Assembly: GCA_051294905.1 (NCBI GenBank)
Contig: CM119371.1
Span: 1,180,001 to 1,244,000 of the forward strand
Direction of reading: 5' to 3'
DNA: 64,000 nucleotides
From: Botryllus schlosseri
Taxonomy: Eukaryota
Positions 27,125 to 40,156 of this stretch are shown here, piece after piece (within the stretch, counting starts at the first letter, position 1; each line of letters starts with the position of its first letter). The position numbers and the translations under genes were made by a program. Under the pieces are notes generated by a model. It searched no databases and was not told the origin of the DNA. It saw only the letters and a program-made list of their open reading frames with translations.

Positions 27125-27412
27125 TTAGAGTCCGTCAATTTTGAATTTCCGGAGAAAAAAACCCTTAAAATTGCTTTTCAACTTCGATACCAAACAACCT
27201 AATAATTTGTGATCAGCCAGGGAGTTTATAATCGCAATTTGGCTATTTGCCTTTGAAAATGAAATGAGTATAAAATGATCTTCCCATATCAGTGGAAACA
27301 GCAACAGGTCGCACACTTCAACGTCATCGTTTTCGAGTCGACGATGAAATTTTTTAAAATCTCATCCGTCAATAATACTCCTGGTGACATCACACGGTAC
27401 TGCGCAATTTTT
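27125..27412 (-). pseudogene. Ulp1/SENP-like (peptidase C48) fragment
   Basis: 'LLTDEILKNF' then 'LLFPLIWEDHFILISF....IAIINSL', matching the L.D..I / P....HW.L / .YDS motifs; frameshifted; the catalytic Q..DCG segment is not seen. Confidence 0.55.
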
Positions 27413-29715
27413 TTATAAATCATATTCCGGAACAAAGTTAAACTTACCCTACCGATAAGATATGTAGATATGGTCAAATTGCATGAAACGCTGTGAATTG
27501 CCCTCTGTGGCGATCCGATCCGACATATTTAACAGGGTTTTAGGGTTACTTGTGTACCTCGAAATAACTTGTCTCTAGTCTGGGTGTAAAATAGATGACT
27601 ATTAAATTCAGAAAAGGTATAATTCATCTCTCGGAACAAAGTTTAAGTTACCCTACCGATAACATATATTGGCATGGACAAATTGCGTGAAACGAATGTG
27701 AATTGGCCTCTGTAGCGATAATACGACATATTTAGGTGGATTTTAGAGTAACTTGTGTACCTCGAAATGAGTTGTCTCTAGTCTGGGTGTAAAATAGATG
27801 ACTATTAGATTCAGAAAAGGTAGAATTCATCTCCCGGAACGAAGTTTAAGTTACCCTACCGATAACATATATTGGCATGGACAGATTGCGTGAAACGAAT
27901 GTGAATTGGCCTCTGTAGCGATAATACGACATATTTAGGTGGATTTTAGAGTAACTTGTGTACCTCGAAATGAGTTGTCTCTAGTCTGGGTGTGAAATAG
28001 ATGACTATTAGATTCAGAAAAGGTATAACTTAGCTCCCGGAACAAAGTTTAAGTTACCCTATCGATAACATATATTGGCACGGAGAAATTGCGTGAAATG
28101 AATGTGAATTTGCCTCTGTAGCGATAATACGACATATTTAGGTGGATTTTAGAGTAACTTGTGTACCTCGAAATGAGTTGTCTATAGTCTGGGTGTAAAA
28201 TAGATGACTATTACATTCAGAAAAGGTATAATTCATTTCTCGGAACAAAGTTTAAGTTACCCTACCGATAACATATATTGGCATGGACAAATTGCGTGAA
28301 ATGAATGTGAATTGGCCTCTGCAGCGATAATACGACATATTTAGGTGGATTTTAGAGTAACTTGTGTACCTCGAAATGAGTTGTCTCTAGTCTGGGTGTG
28401 AAATAGATGACTATTAGATTCAGAAAAGGTATAACTTAGCTCCCGGAACAAATTTTAAGTTACCCTACCGATAACATATATTGGCACGGAGAAATTGCGT
28501 GAAATGAATGTGAATTTGCCTCTGTAGCGATAATACGACATATTTAGGTGGATTTTAGAGTAACTTGTGTACCTCGAAATGAGTTGTCTATAGTCTGGGT
28601 GTAAAATAGATGACTATTACATTCAGAAAAGGTATAATTCATTTCTTGGAACAAAGTTTAAGTTACCCTACCGATAACATATATTGGCATGGACAAATTG
28701 CGTGAAATGAATGTGAATTGGCCTCTGCAGCGATAATACGACATATTTAGGTGGATTTTAGAGTAACTTGTGTACCTCGAAATGAGTTGTCTATAGTCTG
28801 GGTGTAAAATAGATAACTATTAGATTCAGAAAAGGTGTAATTAATCTCCCGGAACAAAGTTTAAGTTACCCTACTGATAACATATATTGGCATGGACAAA
28901 TTGCGTAAAATGAATGTTAATAGGCCTTTGTAGCGATATTACGACATATTTGGGTGGATTTTAGAGTAACTTGTGTACCTCGAAAAGAGTTGTCTCTAGT
29001 CTGGGTGTAAAATAGATGACTATTAGATTCAGAAAAGGTATAATTCATCTCCCGGAACAAAGTTTAAGTTACCCTACCGATAACATATATTGGCATGGAC
29101 AAATTGCGTGAAACGAATGTGAATTGGCCTCTGTAGCGATAATACGACATATTTAGGTGGATTTTTGAGTAACTTGTGTACCTCGAAATGAGTTGTCTAT
29201 AGTCTGGGTGTAAAATAGATAACTATTAGATTCAGAAAAGGTATAATTCATCTCCCGGAACAAAGTTTAAGTTACCCTACCGATAACATATATTGGCATG
29301 GACAAATTGCGTGAAATGAATGTGAATTTGCCTCTGTAGCGATAATACGACATATTTAGGTGGATTTTAGAGTAACTTGTGTACCTCGAAATGAGTTGTC
29401 TATAGTCTGGGTGTAAAATAGATGACTATTAGATTCAGAAAAGGTATAATTCATCTCCCGGAACAAAGTTTAAGTTACCCTACCGATAACATATATTGGT
29501 ATGGTCGAGTTGCGTGAAACGAATGTTAATTGGCCTTTGTAGCGATAATACGACATATTTAGGTGGATTTTGGAGTAACTTGTGTACCTCGAAATAAGCT
29601 GTCTCTAGTTTGGGTGTAACATAGATGACTATTGGATTCAGAAAAGGTATAAGTCATCTCCCGGAACAAAGTTTAAGTTACCCTACCGATAACATATATT
29701 GACAGGGTCAAATTG
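27412..29715 (-). repeat. 203-bp tandem array, right arm, inverted (~11 units)
   Basis: Reverse complement of the left-arm unit (ccggaacaaagtttaagttaccctaccgat). Confidence 0.95.
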
Positions 29716-30870
29716 ATCGAAGCAATGGTGTATTGTTGCGAATGCGATCACATCACAGAAATTTTGGTGGACATTTATTGGTACTTATGCATCTGGAAAT
29801 AAGCTATCTCATATTGGTATGTAATTTATACCACTATTGAATCCAGACAAGGTATTAACTCATCCTCCCGGAGGTAGTTCGTTAAAAACGGTAATGGTAG
29901 GTCATATCTTTTTTCCGCTTTGGAAATTTCATACAAATATTCGGCCCAGATGACAGCAGTCTGATTAGTACATTTACCTAAAATATTTCTAACCACAACA
30001 AACCTAAATTGTCTTGTGCGGCAAGTGCGGTACGATCGGCCATACTTTGTCCACAATGCTAGCAACAACAATATATTTTAACAGTCACAACATAGTGTCT
30101 CATTGGACACTATGGTCACAATAGGTGGGAATACACTAAAATTCCAGTCGTTACAAGTTTGATCGATACCAACGTGGGAACAGGGTCCAACTATCACCCA
30201 ACTGTATTCACCAGTGTACATTCTGATTCATTAACTTTTTGACCCCTTCAACTTTACATGCGCGTAATCGTAAAATCGCTCGGCCTCAGGCAGGGCCCTT
30301 TTAGATTTGTTTAGAGCCCCTTGAGGGACGTAATTTCGTCAGTTTGTTTTAGTGATAGCAATAGAGCATAAATTTCTCGATCAGCTGATCTCACTCCATG
30401 TTTGACACGGGGCAGGACAATCGATATACGTGAAGCATTAGCGCCATCACACAGGAGTGAGACCAGCGACAAATTGATAGCAGTCATCCAGATCGATATT
30501 ATATTTACTTTGTATTCAATTTAGTTATTTTCCAGTGCATAATGTTATTATTGCAGAAGATGCGATGCGAATCATCGACATTTAAAAGAACTATACGGGG
30601 TATTCCCTAAATCGAGTCATGTTTGTTTCTGGAGCCATAGAAAATAGAATCGCGGCAGACATGGATGAGGTGGAGTGGAAATAACTTATTTTTTAGATCG
30701 AAAAAGGGGGTTCTCGAATCCCGACAAATGACCTGAAATTTCAATAAAATTTGACTTCAGATGATTGCCCCCATTTTACAGCTGGTATTTTCCCAATTTT
30801 TGCGCGCGAGGTGGTAAAATTGCCCATCTGCCATCTCAAGAATTACTGGTCGTACAGTCATGATATTTAG

Positions 30871-31282
30871 GAGAGATGAGCGGATTTGAAATTTCTATGT
30901 CCTAATCCAATCCAAATCCGAACCTTCAAATCCAAATCCTAATCCATAACTTTTTTCATATTCAAGTCCATGTCCAATCCTAATCCGATTCCAACTGGAA
31001 ATTCAGAAAAAAAACTAATTTATGCAATGGAGGGATTCGAAAAAATTTCTTCCACAACCAACGATTCACTTGATTCAAGATAACCTAGAAACCATAAGTA
31101 CATTAATAACTGATCTGAATAAAGTTTGACGCCATTCGCCACACAACATTTCAATCTCCTAGAAAATAGGTAAATCCAATCCAAATCCTAATCCATTCTG
31201 AAAAAAATGTCTAATCCAAATCCGACAAAATTTCACAAATCCTGTTTTTTCAAAACCTAATCCTAATCCATGCTCATCTCTG
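30871..31282. mobile_element. hAT-type MITE with aatcc repeats
   Basis: TIRs gagagatgagc / gctcatctctg; TSD atatttag at 30863-30870 and 31283-31290. Confidence 0.8.
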
Positions 31283-33850
31283 ATATTTAGCTCAAAAGCT
31301 GTCAAAACATCATTTGTCAATCAGTCTTACGAAGAAAGTTTTCTCAATTGTCCAGTGGACAGCAATCTTTTCTAAACAACATACGTGTATACTGTATAGT
31401 ATATTTGTTGATGGTGCAAAACCAAAACATGCAGGCATCGACACTTATGGTGTTGCTTTGACAATCGTCCACTATGAAAGGTTAATACCACCGTGTCGTG
31501 TAACAAGGAAGAGACGAATTTGCCTAGCAATCTTCTCTGTTAGCGTGATGTGCAGTATCGAGCGCATTTATAATAAGAAACTGTCCTGAGTTCTGAGGTA
31601 AGCTACATTAGGATTACATTTGTAAATTCCGATACCTTTCAGCCTATATGGAATCTCGGTTCATTTTTTGAAATAAATCCTTCGTGATGAGAGCTTTTCT
31701 ACATATATTAAATCAAGTAATTAAACAGAAAATCCTGCGTGACATAGCCACCAATTCCATTCTGGCCTTTCAGTGATAACAATGGCTTACTGGCAGACTT
31801 CTGATAACCCACCTTATAAATCACAACAATGTAATCACATGTTTGTGCAATGCAGAGTCACGTTGAAACTATCAACTCTATTTTGACTCTTGTGTTTCTT
31901 GTGAAAGAAATACGACTTCACCGTTTTCTATCTTCCATTGTACTGTCAAATTTCATCGAAATGTCCGGTAGAATTTCGTCAAACCTTATTCGAAAAGTCT
32001 ATCATAGCTTTCACATATTACTGGTCATGTTTTTTCGCAAGATATACACTAACTAATGTAGGCTAGCAATGGCATGATACAGTTTCACACGATCTGTCCA
32101 TGTGCAGTTTTAACTGATTCATATCGCTGAAATTGATGAGAATTTGAGTAGGGGTGCACCATTCTGGTGTTTTCCAGTTCTCTTGCCAGGCAGTTCCAGC
32201 AGGCCGGTCAATATCATTTCCGAGCAGAGTAGTGAAATTCCACGATTCTTCAAGGGCTATCTGGACCATCTCGGCCTTTTTGGATGTTGTCTTGGCAAGG
32301 TCTCATTCTCTTTAGAACGCTGCATCACATTGCATTGCGTCCACATCGTTTTCGGTCTGCAAATAAACGAGGGGTCAACACTATATCGGGTCTATCACAG
32401 CTTGAAAAAAAAATCGGTATTTGCCATTGGAGGTGAAAAATATCGCCAATTTTCATGGCATCGCAACACAGTACAGTACAGGAGTTAGAGAATTATAATT
32501 TACAAAGGCTATACTGAGAATATCGATCTATTTCTTATAGCTTACAAAGTGGTCACGTAGTCATTGTTTGTGCTCAAGTACAAGTATCGTCATACAATCT
32601 CGAGTACAAGCATACCGTAATTTTCCAGGGATGATACACCTCAACGTATAATATGCACCCCTAAAATGGCATGTAAATTCTGGGGAAAAGCCTGCACCCA
32701 GTTTATCAAAGCACTCCTCATAGAATAATTTCTAAAAATCAACGTCAACACAGAACGTAATGACGACAACAGCATGCAATTTGAAAACAAGTATCTGAAC
32801 GTTAATTAACTGAGAAATTTCCTACGGACCCTTTGATATCACTCCAAAACTAACAAGAAATATATGCACATTTGAGCTGGATACCTTGTGATACGGAGAT
32901 AAACAGTGACCTTGGATATATAAAAACCATTTTAAGAAATTCCACAAATTTTACATGCCAATTATCAGACCGCTTCGGTGACGTGTATACCCAATATTAT
33001 ACCCTTTGCGACCCATGTGTTACATAGGGTTACCATACATCCTTTACGAGGATTTGGCCTCATTTTCAAGGTTTTTGAAAATGTCCTACTTTTGGAGATT
33101 TTGTCCCGAGATACTGTAAATCAGCACTGAAATAACGCTTCACCGGCTATTTCGGGAGCTGAGCCAAAAAGTTGACCTTTCTTTGGTCAACCGACCGCTA
33201 AATATTGACTGTATCTTTTAGAGACATCTGGGAGTATAATAGAGTCTCGCCCACACCAAATTTGTAGTCTTTTGAAAAGAAATTCAACAATCAGAATAAA
33301 GTTAGAGCTTGTTAATGGGACTTCGGCTCGCGTAAACTTCAATAAACTCACATGTAACGAGCATGATATCGAAAAGGCACTAGCAGCTGTCTACTTGAAA
33401 TGAGCCTCCGATATTTGATTTCAAGTTGCACACTTGCCTTGAATACAAGTTAGGTTTTTTTTGATGACTGGTCTGGAGTAGGTCAGCACCACAATACTGA
33501 AAAGCTTGTGCCGGATATCGGCCCTCATGTACCAGGTGGAACGAGACCTTACCTGTCGAGATACGAATTTCTCTTGTCCTACTTTTCATTATTTTTCTTC
33601 TTCTGTTGATTGAGAATCCTTTTCATATCATTGCTGCAGTCTGCTTGATGCACTCGAATCTCTTTACCGTTGAGGATTTCGCCTGAAATGGCAGCCACAC
33701 ATTTGTTTACAGACACACTTACGAACTACCAATCTAGTCAGTTGGCGATCAACCAACTACTGATTATGCAGTAGTTCTAGTTGTGGATTTGGAAAAGAGA
33801 GTAGTTCTAGTTCTAGCTCATGTTGTGGATTTCATAAAGTTAGCAGTGCT

Positions 33851-35119
33851 AGGGGTTCTTCTACTCGAGTCACTATTTTTGGTGACTCGAGTCATTTCTA
33901 CAAATGCGTAAAATGACTCAAATCGACTTAATTTGATTATTGACTCGAACCAAGTCATATGACTCGAAACTAGGATGGTCAAGACCAATTGTAGCTTCGA
34001 ATAATAGTTAAGTAATCATTTGGGCGGTTTTTTATTTTACCTAAAAAAAAAATTTGACCTAAAAAAGAAAAATTTTGGCTTTTTTTGACCTAAAAAATCT
34101 AAATTTTGACCAAATTTTGACCAAACGTATGCAAATTAGGTGTTTTCCCACATAATGTTAGAATTGCACCACTTATCTTCATTTCTGGTTGGAACTGACT
34201 GTCCTAACAAAGTAGTTTGGCCTGAAAAAAACATTTCGTGGCTTAGAAACAGGCAATTTTTTACATGAAAAAAACAATATTTTAACGAAATCTGGCCCCA
34301 TGAAGAATTCCAGTGGTTACAATAGGTATTATGGTAGAAATAATTGAAATATTTTGCAGTACAACGAGAGATACTTTCCTATATTCTTGGGTAGAAAGTT
34401 CACGTTCTTACTAAGAAGCTTGCCAAGGACATTCAACCTGCAGCAGTTGTTGGCCGCCAACAATTAAGTTGTGCGTACACTGCTGGTGCTGGTGACACAC
34501 TGTGTAGCTTCATTCTGACAAGTCTACATCACAATTTTTCATCATGCGCTTCTTAATATAAGAATGATACAATGCACAAGAAGTCTTTCTTCAGTTAGGA
34601 TATTGCGGTGCGTTAGCCATAACACCATGCCTACCTCTTATTTGTTTTATTTGACTGTTTATGATTCACAATGAGCAGACGAATGGGTTTTTACAACGGT
34701 AGGCCTATAAAATAGGCTTAAAGCGGTATTATATCAAATTATAAGTTCACCGACAGTGCAAAATCTACGATACTAACAAAATGACAAAATGACAAATTTT
34801 GACCTAACGCTACAATTTTGACAAAATTTGGACAAATTTTGGCATGTCAAAAAAAAAAACGCCCTAGTAATCATATTATTGGTATTTCGGCTATCGGTTA
34901 GGATATTCGGAAAGTAGGGTCAGGAACTGTTAGAATTGAGGAAATTTACGATATTATGAATGTGGGCAATTCTATATCACTAGAGCACAGTTGAAAAAGT
35001 GGGTTGAATCGGATTGAGATCAAAACTTAACAGTGAACACAATGACTCGTACTCGAGTCAAAACTATAAAAGTGAGATTGACTTGTGACTCGGATCCTTG
35101 CGACTTGGTCCCAACCCTG
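33851..35119. mobile_element. gactcgagtc-rich hAT MITE with a nested element
   Basis: Subterminal gactcgagtc motifs; ends in caaccctg; interrupted at 34020-34866. Confidence 0.6.
34020..34866. mobile_element. Nested hAT-type non-autonomous element
   Basis: Termini ttgggcggtttt / aaaacgcccta; TSD gtaatcat at 34012-34019 and 34867-34874; an inverted relative lies at ~48720-49310. Confidence 0.8.
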
Positions 35120-35584
35120 ATTTGTTTTGCCTCGTTTTCCCAGACAACTCAACAATTTCATGAGGTTGACAGTAAAATTTGGAAAAAAAATTTATATATA
35201 TATATATTTATAATAAATTAATAAATTTCAATTGGCTCTGTGTCGGCCTCTACAGGTAGGAATCGAGCCGAATTTGGTGTGCAGCGTTTTTAGGCAACCT
35301 AACAAATGTGTTGTGAACCACTGGCCTGTGACTCTGTCGATTCCCTTAATCGTATTGGTGTATTCATTAAACATGTTGAAGAAGATGCATTTGAAATAAT
35401 ACACCTGACACCTATTCAACACAAAATCATCGTTAAGTGATTTCACCCAAAAGTTTCCAAATAAATCAGGCTGGGAAAGGATGAACTAGGCGAATATTAG
35501 AGACTGCGAATTCTCCCATTGTATACTATGGGTTAGTTTTGTAACATCTGACGTGGTCAGTGATGAAGTATTTTTACTTTTGGT

Positions 35585-36077
35585 CAGGGTTGTAACCTAG
35601 TCACAAGGTTCCGGGTTGCAAGTCAATCTCACTTTTATAGTTCTGACTCGAGTCAAGTCGATTCATTTTCAATTCACCACCGGGTCAAGTCCGAGTCCAA
35701 GTCAGCGAGAAGAGGGTCCAGTCTTGTTCAATCCACTATTTTTATAACTGTTCGGTGATATCGAGCGGTTCGCATTTATACTATACTAATTTTTCTCACT
35801 TTTAACAGTTTATGATCGCATTTTCAAGTACCGCTAACAATAAACAGAATACCAATCGCGTGGTTACTTTACTATTTTCCAAAATTACAATGAAATGTCG
35901 GTCTTGGCTGCCAAAATATCGAGTCATATGACTTCGCCATAGTATTACGGAATGACTCGAGTCCAAGTCGAGTCATTACACAGTTTGACTCGAGTCGAGC
36001 TGTTTCCGTACTATGAGAAAATGACTCGAGTCAAGTTGAGTCATCAGAAAATCGTGACTCGAGTCATTACAATCCTG
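35585..36077. mobile_element. gactcgagtc-rich hAT MITE
   Basis: TIRs cagggttgtaa / ttacaatcctg; TSD cttttggt / attttggt. Confidence 0.8.
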
Positions 36078-38047
36078 ATTTTGGTAATGCTCAAGTACTG
36101 GTAGGCTTGTCTAGTTACACTACCAACACATTTCGTTATGATTTTAGACTGCTTCCACTTGTACTTCACACTTTCATGTAAAACCAGCCTACTTACTTCT
36201 GAACCATGATGATTTGTCAAGTGGAAGTAGTTTGGGGATGAGCTTGCGTGATTTTTTGAGCTACATTGGCATGACACGTGGGCGAAATACCCCTTCATCA
36301 CAAAATCCAAATATATTTTAGAAAATTGCACATAAACCTATATGTCGTGTCATTTGTCAGTCCACGTTACTCACGGCGATGCACATGCAATTCCGGAAAT
36401 ATCAAACTTCGATTACTTGCTAAAAGCATGTAACACGCCCAACAAATTGACTTTTTCGGACTACTTACTCGTTTACTTTTCAGACCCTTCATTTCGTACG
36501 TACACTTGACGTAAACATTGAAAATCTATTTGAAATCGAGTACAAAGTTACGGCTATCTTCCACCTCAATATGAGTTTCTTCATTGACTACTTGGATCAC
36601 GTAGTAACATACCGTACAGTTTTCCAGTTGCATGTTCAAACTTACGGACACTTATTTTTCGCATCATGTTCAAGGACTGCGTCACGCACATTGCTCACCA
36701 TGTTAGTAGAATAATAGGCATCAGTCTACACCACACAAGAAACGCGTACAATAGATTTCTACTGCCAATGTAGATTGTTGACGTTATACTTACTCCAGGC
36801 TTTTTATAGTAGGCCTAGTTTTAGTTCTAGTTGCAGGGATTAAAAAGTGGGTAGTCCTGGTTCTAGATTTTCGATCTAAAAATCCCGCAGCTCACACAAG
36901 ACTCGCGGACTGGCGACCAGTGATGCAACGAGACACAAGTTACAAAATAAGCTCTACCTTGGCATCGTAAATCTGACCATGCACCGGAAAAGCCTCGGCC
37001 AAAACGTTTTCCAAAAATGGACAGATTTCAAACAAACAATACAGCCGTCCTTGTTGAACATCATTAGACGTCTTGGGATCGCGTTTCGTCTTGGACTTAA
37101 TAACTAAAAGCAAACAAGAACTAAGACCAAGCACACACAGCATGCGCTCGAAATGCCGTTTTGCTGATCTCTTAAGGGAGTAGCTATTTTGCTAATGTCG
37201 CCAATTACGGTATACTGCTTGAGTAGCAATATCTCGTGAACTATACTGAAGTGAGAGACAAGGCGCTCATTTTCGTTGGTATATTCCTATAACGTTGAAT
37301 TGCATAAAATCTCGAGGCACTTTCATGCTATCTTGAACAATGGGTATAATAATTGTGAGCGATATATACAGCAGACAACAAGATGGATAAAAAGAGCTGT
37401 TCAAAAATAACTTCATCTTTTAAATTTCACTGGCTACGTGATAACATTATTATGTTGGCTAAAACAACGCGGCACACCCAATTTCGCTCAATTCCAACCA
37501 GTAGAAGCAAGACTCTTGCAATAGAAAGTTTTGAATTTAACATATAAAAAATAAAATTTCAAATTATTTCGGCCGACCCCATAAAATTGTTACGCTGTCA
37601 GTAAAGATGATACTCACCGAATTTGGCTCAATTCCAACCAGTAAAAGCGAAGTCATTGCGGTAGAGAAATTTGGGTTTGAATAAATTAGTATTTACGGTG
37701 GCTAACTCTGGAATTATTATTTATTATAAAATCATGGAATTAGATATTTTGCTACTGCAATAAGTTTGCTTCTAGTGGTTGGAATCGAGCCACATTTGGT
37801 ATGCATCATCTCTCTTGACAACCCAACAATTTATGGGGTGGACAGAAAAAATTTGAAATTCATTTTTTATATGTATTCCAAATTTTCTACTGCAAGAATC
37901 TCGCTTCAACTGGTTGGAATTGAGTCAAATTTGGTTGTAACAAGTCTTGTAATTGCTTAAAAATGAACAGAAATACTTCTACTTCAATCGCCAGATAGTG
38001 TAAAGCTAGAGTCCAACATAAATAACTCGATTCAAGTCACTTTGTCT

Positions 38048-40156
38048 CAGGGTTGTAACCAAGTCACATGGTTCCGAGTCACGAGTCAATCTGACTTTTG
38101 TGGTTTTGACTCGAGTCGAGTCGAGTCATTTTCAGTTCATCACCGACTCGAGTCCGAGTCCAAGTCACCGTTTTAAGGGTCAAGTCCGAGTCATAGTGTT
38201 ATGACTCGAGTCGAGTCCAAGTCACAGTATTGAAGTCATGTTCAACTTATGTTTCCAATCCTGCTTGGGTGATATCGAATTCCTTGCTTGCCAAACATGC
38301 TTATTTTGTCCCTATCATAGTCTTGGCACAAGTTTAGTTAGTTGGGCAGATAACAGGCAGTTCCTGGCCTCATATACCGATGCTACAGATAGACGAGACA
38401 GGCCGCCAATACGATAACGTTACTAATCATAGAACTTTAAATCAAATATCTGTCTTGTCAGTCTGATATTTCACAAATAAAAGCATTCAGTTTTTATTAC
38501 GAGCACATCGACGACCGCTCACAAATAGCTTATAGAGAATAAACGAATTCACGTCTACATACTATCTGATAGAGAACCTACGAATTCACGTCTAGCTAGA
38601 TAAAAGCTGGTAAAGAATCAACAGATAAACGCTTGTGTAGAGGTAGAGTTTCGATTTCACATCATATCAGGTGGTTGACCAGAAAAAAAGGTCAACTTTC
38701 CTGCTCAGCTGCCGAAATAGTCGCCGGAGCGTTACTTTAGTGCTGATTTACTGTTGTCTTAGTCGAATTTGCCCTACATTTACCAAAAGAATTCCCAAAA
38801 ATGAAGACAGAATCTCAAAAAAGAGGCTACTTCTTAAAATTGTTAGATTATCGAAAAGAACTTAAATTTGGCTTAATTCCAACCAGTAGAAAGCAATGCT
38901 AAGAGAAAATATTTTGCATTAATTACAAATAGAGACTTTCGAAATATACCGGCTACCTCATGATATTGTTAGATTGTGTAAAAATGTGATTCATAGAAAA
39001 TTTGGCTCAATTCCAACTAGAAGAAGCGGAGTTATTTGAGTGGAATATTTTGGATATGAAAAATAGTCGACTTACTGCTAGTATGTAATTATATTATATG
39101 AAATCATTTCTCACTAAAAATACTCCATGTATTTTCAAATCCCAAATTTTCTCCTCTCATTTCATTGATTCCACTTTTTCAAATTAGGCCAGATTCAGTG
39201 TTCTTTTTATGCAACGTAGCAATTTTATCAAGTAGCCACCCAGTAGAATAAAAAAGAAGGTATTTTTGATCGGCCCTATTGTACAAACATCACACAATAT
39301 TAGCCATTCATTATTATCACATGCACACTGCACATACCTAACAAAACGTCAAATGGACGGAGGGTATTATGTGTTTTCACAGACAGCAGATCAAATCAAT
39401 GAGTTACACTTGAAAAATACTAAAGTGGAAAGGAGATTCTCATATATGTTGAGGCGGCATGGCCTTAGAATAATCCACATCCCCTGGATACACGTTCCTC
39501 TGGCGCATTTGATGCAGGAATTGAAAAGCAATTTTGAACCACACTGAAGAGCATTAGATACTCATCCATTCTAGTCGGCCAAAAATGCAAAGAATCATCG
39601 CCTTCATATCTACACATGAGCTTATCAGTCTCTTCCAAGTAGGCTACTTGACCATCTGAGTCATTTCTTTGGCGCTAATTGGACTTTGCTTCGATTGTTT
39701 GCTTGTATAATTGAAATGTATTGAGTACTTTGATGGCGGAGGATCTATTACCTCTTCATCACTGGATGATTTTGTACAATGCATTGCTCTTTGCTACTAT
39801 GTACCATTGTCTTTTGCTTTTACGGCGGCGCATATCTGATATCAGACGAGTGCAACGAAAGCAGTGGTGACAAATAGCGATGTCGACAGAATTCGTCACA
39901 TGCGTTGATCTAACCATTGTGATTCGCAACTTTCTTCACCTTCAAGTCACATAAAATAAGCCGAGTCAATGACTTGAGTCGAGTCATGCGAAATGACTCG
40001 AGTACAAGTCGAGTCAATCAAAATATTGACTCGAGTCGAGTCGAGTCATTTTCCCATTTCAAGAAAATGACTCGAGTCAAGTCGAGTCGAGTCACAAAAA
40101 AATCGTGACTCGAGTCTGACTCGAGTCGAGTCATGACTCGAGTCATTACAACCCTG
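38048..40156. mobile_element. hAT deletion derivative with a transposase C-terminal relic
   Basis: TIRs cagggttgtaa / ttacaaccctg; perfect TSD ctttgtct; minus strand ~39400-39620 reads 'DSLHFW...EYLMLFSVVQNCFSIPASNAPEERV...ILRP..LVFFKCN' (hAT dimerisation domain). Confidence 0.88.

Larger units (their letters stand above)
22127..29960. mobile_element. Foldback/Mutator-like non-autonomous transposon (7.8 kb)
   Basis: Termini actgctgtcatctgggccgaat / attcggcccagatgacagcagt; perfect 9-bp TSD ctgattagt (22118-22126, 29961-29969); ~250-bp outer TIR followed by inverted tandem arrays; no transposase seen. Confidence 0.92.

Noticed and set aside
22375..29715. CRISPR-like array, or protein-coding repeats (recurring MSYYRYKGQ ORFs)
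   Set aside because: The units are 203-bp tandem monomers with no unique spacers, the context is eukaryotic with no cas genes, and the ORFs are by-products of the repeat with frequent stops.
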